This document shows, one piece after another, positions 37,646 through 44,379 of a DNA stretch of 44,379 nt (position 1 is its first letter; every line of letters begins with the position of its first letter). The notes under the pieces were generated by a model. It had not been told where the DNA came from, did no database searches, and saw only the letters and a program-made list of their open reading frames with translations. The position numbers and the translations under genes are program-made. The stretch is from an uncultured beta proteobacterium (GTDB lineage: Bacteria > Pseudomonadota > Gammaproteobacteria > Burkholderiales > Burkholderiaceae_C), in contig CAILKA010000097.1 of NCBI GenBank assembly GCA_903834645.1, forward strand, positions 1 through 44,379, in the 5' to 3' direction.

Positions 37646-38700
37646 GGGCTTGGCCCTCCTCGCGCGCGGTGATGCACGGGCGTGACGGCACGCAGCGCGG
37701 AGGCAGCCTGCTCGGGCGTGAGGTCGCGCTGCGCTTCGGCCAGCATCTCGTAGCCCACCATGAACTTGCGGATCCGGGCCGAGCGCAGCAGGGGTGGGTA
37801 GAAGTGCGCGTGCAGCTGCCACGGCCGCGTGTCGCGTGCGTCGAAGGGCGCCCCGTGCCAGCCCATCGAGTAGGGAAAGCTGCAGCCAAAGAGGTTGTCG
37901 TAGCGGGCGGTCAGCTCGCCCAGGATGCCCGACAGCGCCTCGCGCTGTTCGGGCCCGAGGTCTGGCAGGCGCGCCACTGCACGGCGCGGCAGCAGCAGCG
38001 TCTCGAAGGGCCAAGTGGCCCACCAGGGCACCACCACGAGAAAGTGGTCGTTGGCGCACACCACGCGCGCCTGGGCGGCCCACTCGCGCCGCTCGAGCTC
38101 CACCAGCAGGGGCGACCCGCGCTCGTCGAACCACCGGCGCTGCGCGGCATCCTCGGCTGCCGGCTCGTCGGGCACGCTGTCGGTGGCCCAGATCTGGCCG
38201 TGCGGATGCGGGTTGGAGCAGCCCATCATCGCGCCCTTGTTCTCGAAGACCTGCACCCAGGGCCAGCGCCGTCCGAGCTCGGCCACCTGCGCGCACCAGG
38301 TGTCGACCACCGCGCGTCGTGCCTGGGGCGCGAGCTCGGGCAGGGTCAGCGCATGGTCGTGCGAGTAGCACAGCACCCGGCACACACCCTGCGCCGGACG
38401 CACCTGGAAGAGAGGGTCGCCCGAATCGGCGGGCTCCGGGGCCTCGGCCTGCAAGGCCGCAAAGTCGTTGTCGAACACCCAGGGGCCGCGGTAGTCGGGG
38501 TTGGCTGCGCCGCCCGCGCGCACATTGCCCGGGCAAAGGTGGCAGTGCGGATCGTGGTTGTCAGGCGGCTGCGTGGCCACGTCGTCGTGCTGGCCCTGCC
38601 AGGGCCGCTGGCTGCGCTGCGGCGAGACGAGCAGCCAGCGCCCGGTGAGCGGGTTCAGCCGGCGGTGCGGGTGCCGGTTGGGGTCGAAGGGTTCCCTCAT
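37642..38700 (-). CDS. galT: Galactose-1-phosphate uridylyltransferase
   Basis: [32 protein letters not shown] and [10 protein letters not shown]. Confidence 0.96.
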   Translation of the reverse strand: MREPFDPNRHPHRRLNPLTGRWLLVSPQRSQRPWQGQHDDVATQPPDNHDPHCHLCPGNVRAGGAANPDYRGPWVFDNDFAALQAEAPEPADSGDPLFQVRPAQGVCRVLCYSHDHALTLPELAPQARRAVVDTWCAQVAELGRRWPWVQVFENKGAMMGCSNPHPHGQIWATDSVPDEPAAEDAAQRRWFDERGSPLLVELERREWAAQARVVCANDHFLVVVPWWATWPFETLLLPRRAVARLPDLGPEQREALSGILGELTARYDNLFGCSFPYSMGWHGAPFDARDTRPWQLHAHFYPPLLRSARIRKFMVGYEMLAEAQRDLTPEQAASALRAVTPVHHRARGGPSP

Positions 38701-40655
38701 GCAGGCTGCCAGCGCGCGATGCCCAGGCCGCGTGGCGCAAGCCGGCCGCTGCCGAGCACCCACCGGGCACTGGGCACCCGCAGCTCGTGGGTGGCCTGGC
38801 CGTAGTTGAAGGCAAACAGCAACTCGCCCCGGCGGCGCACCCGCACCCCATCAGGCAGCCGCACCGTCTCCAGCCCCGCGTCGTGGGCGGCCCGTTCCAG
38901 CACCCGCTGCTGCAGCGCGGAGTCGAACCAGCCAGCCAGGTAGCGCGTGCGGCCCTGGCGGGCCACGGCAGCCGTGCGGTCGGCAAAGCAGGCCTCGGCC
39001 TGCGTGCCGGGCCCCAGGTCCAGCGCCTCGCGCCAGCGCGAGGCCCCGAAGGTGCCGCCACCGAGATGCACCGACTCGTGCACGCCCGGCCGCAGAGACT
39101 CCACGCGCGGCACGCGCAGGTCGATCAGCCGCCGCAGGCGGCCGGGCGGCAACTCTTCGGGAATGCGGACCCCCGGCAGCTTCGAGCCGGCCCGCGGGTA
39201 CAGCACGACCTGCGCCGCGGTGGCCTCCAAGCGGTCCAGCAGCACGTCGTCGACCAAAGGCACGGCTGGCAGGACAACGAGCCGGTAGTCGCCCAAGTCC
39301 GTGCCCGGCGGCACGATGTCCACGTCCAGTCCCAGCGAGCGCAGCGCGCTGTAGGCCTCGAAGACCAGCTGCAGGCCGTTGTAGTCCGCGCCTTGCGGAT
39401 GAACGTCCAGCAGCCACAGGCTTTCGTAGTCGAAGACCAGGGCCACCGGCGCGCGGCCGCTTGTCTGCGCCGGCAGCCAGGCCAGACTCGCCACTTCCTC
39501 GGCCACGGTTGCAGCCTCGCGTCCGCCTTGGTCCAGCTGCCGGTCCGGCGTCTGCAGGCCCGCGTGCATCTGCTCCTGCCCGAACGGGGCCTGCCGCCAG
39601 CGGAAGTAGCTGACCACGTCGGCCCCGTGCGCAAAGGCCTCCCAGGTCCACAGTCGCACCATGCCTGGGGCGGGCGCAGGGTTCCAGCGCGCCCAGTTGA
39701 CGGGGCCGGGCTGCTGTTCCATCACCCACAAGGGCTGGCGCGACATGCCGCGGTACAGGTCGTGGTGGAAGGCCGTGAAGTCCGGGTGGCCGGTGCGCAG
39801 CCAGCGCCGCTTGTCGGGCTCGCCGAACCAGAACATCTCCAGCGCCCCGATGGGGTAGCTGTCCCAGCTGGCCACGTCCAGGTCGGCGGCCACGGCATGG
39901 TGGTCGAAGCCGGTGTAGAGCTGCATGAAGTTGTGCACGAGCGTGCGGCCGGGCGAGAGCTCGCGCAGGATCGCGCATTGCGCGCGGTTGAAGCGCAGCA
40001 CCTCGTCGGAGGCGAAGCGCTGGAAGTCCAGCCGGTGTGCCGGGTTGGGCTCGGTCACCGTCCCTGCCGGGGAGTCGACCTCGTCGAAGCTGGCGTACTC
40101 CTGGCTCCAGAACACGTTGCCCCAGGCCCGGTTCAACTCCGCCACGCTGCCGTAGCGCTGCTGCAGCCACAGCCGGAAGCGCCGAACGGCCTGCGGCGAG
40201 TGGCTCATGACGGTGTCGTGGCAGCCGTACTCGTTGTCCGTCTGCCAGGCCACCACCGCCGGGTGTGTGCCGTAGCGCTCGCCGAAGGCGCGCGTGATGC
40301 GCTCGGCCTGCGCCAGGTAGCGGTCGCTGGAGAAGTCGTAGTGCCGGCGCGACCCGAAGCGTCGGGCGTGGCCGTCCGCCCCCACGGCCAGCATGTCGGG
40401 GTCCTGGTCCACCAGCCACTTCGGCGGCGTGGCGGTGGGGGTGCACATCACGATATGCAGCCCGGCGTCAGCCAGCACCTGCACGGCGCGATCCAGCCAG
40501 CCCCACTCGAAGCGACCAGGCTCGGGCTCCACGCGCGACCAGCAGAACTCCCCGATGCGCACCTGCCGGATGCCCAGCGCCCCCATCTGGCGCGCATCCT
40601 GCGGCCACCAGGCCTCGGGCCAGTGCTCGGGGTAGTAGCACACGCCCAGTCGCAT
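38697..40655 (-). CDS. Beta-galactosidase, GH42
   Basis: [20 protein letters not shown] (acid/base), [12 protein letters not shown] (nucleophile) and EQMHAG. No signal peptide. Confidence 0.95.
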   Translation of the reverse strand: MRLGVCYYPEHWPEAWWPQDARQMGALGIRQVRIGEFCWSRVEPEPGRFEWGWLDRAVQVLADAGLHIVMCTPTATPPKWLVDQDPDMLAVGADGHARRFGSRRHYDFSSDRYLAQAERITRAFGERYGTHPAVVAWQTDNEYGCHDTVMSHSPQAVRRFRLWLQQRYGSVAELNRAWGNVFWSQEYASFDEVDSPAGTVTEPNPAHRLDFQRFASDEVLRFNRAQCAILRELSPGRTLVHNFMQLYTGFDHHAVAADLDVASWDSYPIGALEMFWFGEPDKRRWLRTGHPDFTAFHHDLYRGMSRQPLWVMEQQPGPVNWARWNPAPAPGMVRLWTWEAFAHGADVVSYFRWRQAPFGQEQMHAGLQTPDRQLDQGGREAATVAEEVASLAWLPAQTSGRAPVALVFDYESLWLLDVHPQGADYNGLQLVFEAYSALRSLGLDVDIVPPGTDLGDYRLVVLPAVPLVDDVLLDRLEATAAQVVLYPRAGSKLPGVRIPEELPPGRLRRLIDLRVPRVESLRPGVHESVHLGGGTFGASRWREALDLGPGTQAEACFADRTAAVARQGRTRYLAGWFDSALQQRVLERAAHDAGLETVRLPDGVRVRRRGELLFAFNYGQATHELRVPSARWVLGSGRLAPRGLGIARWQPA

Positions 40656-40658
40656 GGC

Positions 40659-41546
40659 TCAGGCCTGCAGGGCCAGGAAGTCGCGCAGCAGGCTGGTCGC
40701 CAGCGCGTGCTGCTCCTCGAGCAGCCAGTGTCCGCCCTCGGGCTCCCGGTGCACGCTCAGATCCGGCACCCAGCGTTCCAGCCCCTCGAGACAGGCCACC
40801 GGGAAGGATCCGTCGCGCTCGCCCCAGACCACCAGCGTGGGCACGTCGATCACGCCCGAGGCCTGTCCCAGGTCCGGCACCGACCGCACGCCCGCTGGGG
40901 CCAGCGCCGCCTCCAGGTTCAAGGCCCGGTACCAGTTGAGGGCCGCCTGCAGCGCACCGGGCTGCGACCAGGCCTGCGCGCAAGCGGGCCGCCGGGCTGT
41001 CCATTCCGCGCCGGTGCGCCCGTCCGAACGCACCGCCCACAGACGCTCGAATCTGTCCTGGGCCAACCGATCGGCGGCGCCTGCCTGGCACAGCCGCTGT
41101 GCGTAGGCGGATGCCTCGCGCTGCCGCGGGCTGGCCTGGAGCTCCTCGGCAAAGCGGCATGGGTGCGGGGCGTTGAAGACCACGAGGCGCGAGACGGCGT
41201 CGGGAAGCTGCGCCGCCACCGTCCAGGCGAGCAGCCCGCCCCAGTCATGGCCCACCAGCGCGCAGCGCCCGCCCAGGTGCTCGATGAGCGCACGCACGTC
41301 GTCCACGAGCCGCGCGATGTCGTAGTCAGACACCGCTGTCGGCTTGTCCGACAGGTTGATGCCCCGAAGATCCGGCGCCAGCACCTTGTGGTCGCAAGAG
41401 AGCTCGACCATCAAGGGCCGCCACAACTCCCAGTGGTCGGGAAAGCCGTGCAGCATCAGCACGGGGCTGCCCTGGCCCGCCTGCGCCACGTGCAGCCGCA
41501 CCCCGCTGGCCGGCAGGTGCGCACACCGGATGGGCTCGCCGTTCAT
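40659..41546 (-). CDS. Alpha/beta hydrolase, epoxide hydrolase-like (Asp nucleophile)
   Basis: HGFP, DLRGINLSDKP, GHDWGG, lid AY and NWYR tyrosines, WGERD and GHW. The ATG at 41546 abuts an operator. Confidence 0.85.
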   Translation of the reverse strand: MNGEPIRCAHLPASGVRLHVAQAGQGSPVLMLHGFPDHWELWRPLMVELSCDHKVLAPDLRGINLSDKPTAVSDYDIARLVDDVRALIEHLGGRCALVGHDWGGLLAWTVAAQLPDAVSRLVVFNAPHPCRFAEELQASPRQREASAYAQRLCQAGAADRLAQDRFERLWAVRSDGRTGAEWTARRPACAQAWSQPGALQAALNWYRALNLEAALAPAGVRSVPDLGQASGVIDVPTLVVWGERDGSFPVACLEGLERWVPDLSVHREPEGGHWLLEEQHALATSLLRDFLALQA

Positions 41547-41565
41547 ATTGACGAATCGTACAATA
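41546..41565 (+). promoter_or_regulatory. Putative TetR operator between the hydrolase-GH42-galT-galK operon and the alpha-galactosidase
   Basis: TATTGACGAATCGTACAATA, the best match to the consensus. On the minus strand it contains TACGAT with TTGAGT 16 bp upstream. Confidence 0.75.
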
Positions 41566-41623
41566 AAGACACGTTCACTCAACATCGCCTCCGCCCGCTG
41601 CACAGGCCTCGCCCGCCGTTTCC

Positions 41624-43792
41624 TTGCCTGGCCCGGCGCCACCGGTTAAAGCCGCCTTGAGCACCACCTACCACCGCCTGGACGACGGCGACCAGACCCA
41701 GGTCTGGATGTCGGTCGAAGCCGGCATGCCGCAGCTGCTGTACTGGGGCGACTCCCTTCCGGCTGACTGCGACATGTCCACCCTGGGGCGGGCCTTGCAA
41801 GCTGCCGTGCCGCACGGCGGGCTGGACGTGGCCGAGTCGGTGAGCTGGCTGCCCGAGCCGGGCCGGGGATTCACCGACGAGCCGGGCCTGGCCCTGCGCC
41901 GCGGGGCGCACCACCTGTACACCCGGTTCAGCCTGGAGTCTGCGCAAGCCACCGACCAGGGGTGGACCTTTCACTTGCGCGACCCCGGTGCGGCACTGTC
42001 CCTGGAGCTGCACATCGAGCTGCACGCCGGCAGTGGTGTCCTGAGTGCCCACTGCCGGTTGACCAATGACGGCTGCGACGCACTTGGCGTGGATGCGCTG
42101 GCGAGCCTGGCGCTGCCGCTGCCTACGCGACTGCGCGAGCGCTTGTCGCTCACCGGCCGCTGGGCGGCCGAATTCCAGGCCGCTCGCGAGCCTGTAGGCC
42201 GCGCTGCCTGGGTGCAGGAGTCGCGCGTGGGCCGCACGTCGCACCACGCCTATCCCGGCCTCGTGCTGATGGAGGCCGGCACGCATGCCACCCAGGGAGA
42301 GGCGTGGAGCCTGCAGCTGGCATGGTCTGGCAACCACCGCCTGATCGTGCAGGCACTGCGAGGAGGGGGCCTGCAGATGCAGGCGGCAGAGCTCCTGCTG
42401 CCCGGCGAGGTGACGCTCGAGCCAGGCGAATGCCTCAAGAGCCCGACCGTGCACCTGTGTCGCAGCCCGGCTGGGCTGCGCGCGCTGAGCCTGCGCTGGC
42501 ACCGCTTCCTGCGTGAGCGCGTGGTGCCCAAGCCGCGTGGGCCCCGGCTGGTCCAGCTCAACTCGTGGGAGGCCGCCTACTTCGACCACGACTGCCTGCG
42601 CATGCAGGCCCTGGCTCACCGGGCCGCCGGGCTCGGCGTCGAGCGATTCGTCCTGGATGACGGCTGGTTTGCCGGCCGGCGCGACGACAGGGCCGGGCTC
42701 GGCGACTGGGAGCCTTGCCCCGAGCGATATCCGCAGGGGCTGGCGCCTCTGGGAGCCCGATGCCAGGCGCTGGGCCTGCAGTTCGGCCTGTGGGTGGAGC
42801 CCGAAGGCGTCAGCCGCGACAGCGCGCTGTATCGCGATCACCCCGATTGGATCCTCAGCGTCCCGGGCCTGGAACAGCCTCTCGGGCGGCATCAGTACGT
42901 GCTCAACCTGGGCCTGGGCGACGCACGCGACTATCTCTGGCGCAAGCTCTCCGAGCTGCTGCGCAGTGCCCCGATCCAGTTCCTGAAGTGGGACATGAAC
43001 CGAGATATGACCCACGCCGCTGGCCCCGGCGGCGCGTCGGCTGTGCGCCAGCACGTGCTCGGCCTGTACCGGCTCATGGACGACCTGCGCCAGGCCTTCC
43101 CATCGCTCGAGATCGAGACCTGTGCCTCGGGCGGCGCGCGCGCGGACCTGGGCATCCTGCAGCGAACGAGCCGCATCTGGGTGTCCGACTGCAACGATCC
43201 GCTCGAGCGCCAGCGGATGCACCGGGCCGCGCTGACCTTCCTGCCGGCCGAGCTCATGGGCGTGCACATCGGCGCAGCACGGAGCCACACCACCGGGCGG
43301 TACGCCGACATCGGCCTGCGCACCCTGGCCTCGCTTTTCGGACATCCGGGGATCGAGGCGGACCCGATCACGTTTTCCGAAGCTGAGGTGCGCCACCTGC
43401 GCGAGGCCATTTCGTTCTACAAGGCCGAGCGCACCTGGCTGGCCGAAGCCGAGGTCGCCGCGATCGACCATGAGGATCCTGCCTTGCTTGCCACTTCGGC
43501 GGTCGCTGCCGATGGCCGGCGCGCGCTGGTGACGGTAGTGGCCGCCGATCGCGCCGCTCACGCCGTGCCGGGACCATTGCGGGTGCCCGGTCTCGTCGCC
43601 GCCGGCCACTACAGGGTGAGCCCGCACCCGCTCTGGGCCCCGGACCCGCGACACGGCAAGTGCGCGGCCGGGCCTTTCCTGCCCGGTGGGGTCGTCACGC
43701 TGGCCGGGCAGACCTTGCACCGCGCCGGCGTGGCGCTGCCGATCCTGCATCCGGGAACAGGCATCCTGCTCGTACTGGACCGGGTGCGCTGA
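41624..43792 (+). CDS. Alpha-galactosidase, GH36
   Basis: NSWEAAYF, FVLDDGWF, LGDW, FGLWVEPE, LKWDMNR, ETCASGGAR and WVSDCND. Start uncertain (TTG 41624 or 41657). Confidence 0.95.
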   Translation: MPGPAPPVKAALSTTYHRLDDGDQTQVWMSVEAGMPQLLYWGDSLPADCDMSTLGRALQAAVPHGGLDVAESVSWLPEPGRGFTDEPGLALRRGAHHLYTRFSLESAQATDQGWTFHLRDPGAALSLELHIELHAGSGVLSAHCRLTNDGCDALGVDALASLALPLPTRLRERLSLTGRWAAEFQAAREPVGRAAWVQESRVGRTSHHAYPGLVLMEAGTHATQGEAWSLQLAWSGNHRLIVQALRGGGLQMQAAELLLPGEVTLEPGECLKSPTVHLCRSPAGLRALSLRWHRFLRERVVPKPRGPRLVQLNSWEAAYFDHDCLRMQALAHRAAGLGVERFVLDDGWFAGRRDDRAGLGDWEPCPERYPQGLAPLGARCQALGLQFGLWVEPEGVSRDSALYRDHPDWILSVPGLEQPLGRHQYVLNLGLGDARDYLWRKLSELLRSAPIQFLKWDMNRDMTHAAGPGGASAVRQHVLGLYRLMDDLRQAFPSLEIETCASGGARADLGILQRTSRIWVSDCNDPLERQRMHRAALTFLPAELMGVHIGAARSHTTGRYADIGLRTLASLFGHPGIEADPITFSEAEVRHLREAISFYKAERTWLAEAEVAAIDHEDPALLATSAVAADGRRALVTVVAADRAAHAVPGPLRVPGLVAAGHYRVSPHPLWAPDPRHGKCAAGPFLPGGVVTLAGQTLHRAGVALPILHPGTGILLVLDRVR

Positions 43793-43936
43793 ACCCTTTC
43801 TGGCGGCAGTGCCGCGATGCGTGCGGCCGCGAGCGGTCAGTCCCCACACGGCTGGCAGCCCGCACAGGCCATGACCCGAACGGGCCTCACCCAACCTCTC
43901 AGGTGTGAGCGCGCAGGTAGATTGAACATTGAACAG

Positions 43937-43957
43937 GTAGCTCACGCCATGAGCTAC
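43937..43957. promoter_or_regulatory. Perfect inverted repeat upstream of the last gene, candidate operator
   Basis: GTAGCTCA-CGCCA-TGAGCTAC, preceded by tandem ATTGAAC-ATTGAAC. Confidence 0.45.
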
Positions 43958-44014
43958 ATAGCTTGCACACTGGCCCAGGCCGGCAGATGCCGGCGCCTGA
44001 AACCGGAGGCCGAA

Positions 44015-44379
44015 ATGACCATCAGCGTGCACCCCTCACCCCTCACACAGCTGGCCCTTGGGCTGGAGCCGCGCAGGCGCGTGCAGGATCGGCAGAGTCC
44101 GCCGAGTGCACGCGAACCGGGGTTCGGCGCAACAGGAGACGAATTCGAAGCCGCCGGCCGCGCCATCGGCCGCGACTACGCCCGCCACGGCCTCATGCCG
44201 AGCCCCGACCACCTCCATCCCGGGCACCCGGTGCGCCAGGGCTGGGAGGCTGCGCGCCTGGCGCTCCCGCGCGGCGCCCGGCCCGCACGGCCCGCCTCGC
44301 GCCACGTGCGGCGCTGGCTGGAGCTGCGCCTGGCGGCCTGGATGCAGGGCCGCGCCTTCGACGCGCTGCAGGTCACGCC
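44015..44379 (+). CDS. Hypothetical protein, 3' end outside the window
   Basis: GGAGG RBS then ATG 44015: MTISVHPSPL...IGRDYARHGLMPSPDHLHPGHPVRQGWEAAR...HVRRWLELRLAAWMQGRAFDALQVT. Open to the window end. Confidence 0.7.
   Translation, partial: MTISVHPSPLTQLALGLEPRRRVQDRQSPPSAREPGFGATGDEFEAAGRAIGRDYARHGLMPSPDHLHPGHPVRQGWEAARLALPRGARPARPASRHVRRWLELRLAAWMQGRAFDALQVT

Noticed and set aside
36488-38536. Apparent long N-terminal extensions or fusions on galK, RidA (18296..19690), SDR (24974..26713) and hydrolase (20783..22762)
   Set aside because: The extensions are off-frame read-through of upstream genes. The true starts sit at ATGA/TGATG overlaps or just after the upstream stop.
38787-44032. 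Very long antisense ORFs (38787..41660 +, 41579..44032 -, and similarly 20810..22807, 27511..29247, 6670..8283)
   Set aside because: These are shadow frames of well-supported genes in high-GC DNA and contain no recognisable motifs.
1-44379. CRISPR array, tRNA/rRNA, IS, integrase, prophage or defence genes
   Set aside because: I saw no regularly spaced repeats, RNA-gene signatures or mobility/defence motifs by eye. Nearly all of the sequence is accounted for by metabolic CDSs.

Overview
High-GC bacterial chromosomal window, probably Burkholderiales (inferred from gene types and codon style). I saw no RNA genes, IS/integrase or CRISPR. A housekeeping hppD/Lrp pair at the left edge is followed by two adjacent catabolic loci, each with its own TonB-dependent receptor, MFS permease, local regulator and repeated operator. 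Locus 1 (~1.3-19.8 kb) is a D-amino-acid/modified-peptide locus. It contains dgcN-dgcA, an IroE-like esterase, a beta-lactamase-family serine hydrolase, an M20 peptidase, a PLP aminotransferase, soxBDAG, a D-threo-3-hydroxyaspartate-dehydratase-like enzyme with RidA, and relics of M32 and M19 peptidases. Four TGGAT-N8-ATCCA palindromes precede its main transcription units, but not the dehydratase-RidA pair, and are probably bound by an XRE-cupin regulator. Locus 2 (~19.9-43.8 kb) interleaves alpha-galactosidase, beta-galactosidase, mutarotase, galK and galT with a secreted serine hydrolase, an epoxide-hydrolase-like enzyme, an acyl-CoA ligase and beta-oxidation genes. Six TATTGAC-N5-GT-N2-AATA-like sites tie it together around a TetR gene. 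My best hypothesis is a galactolipid (MGDG/DGDG) or other acyl-galactoside utilisation system. A partial hypothetical gene closes the window. Family assignments come from motif recognition only; substrates are inferred.
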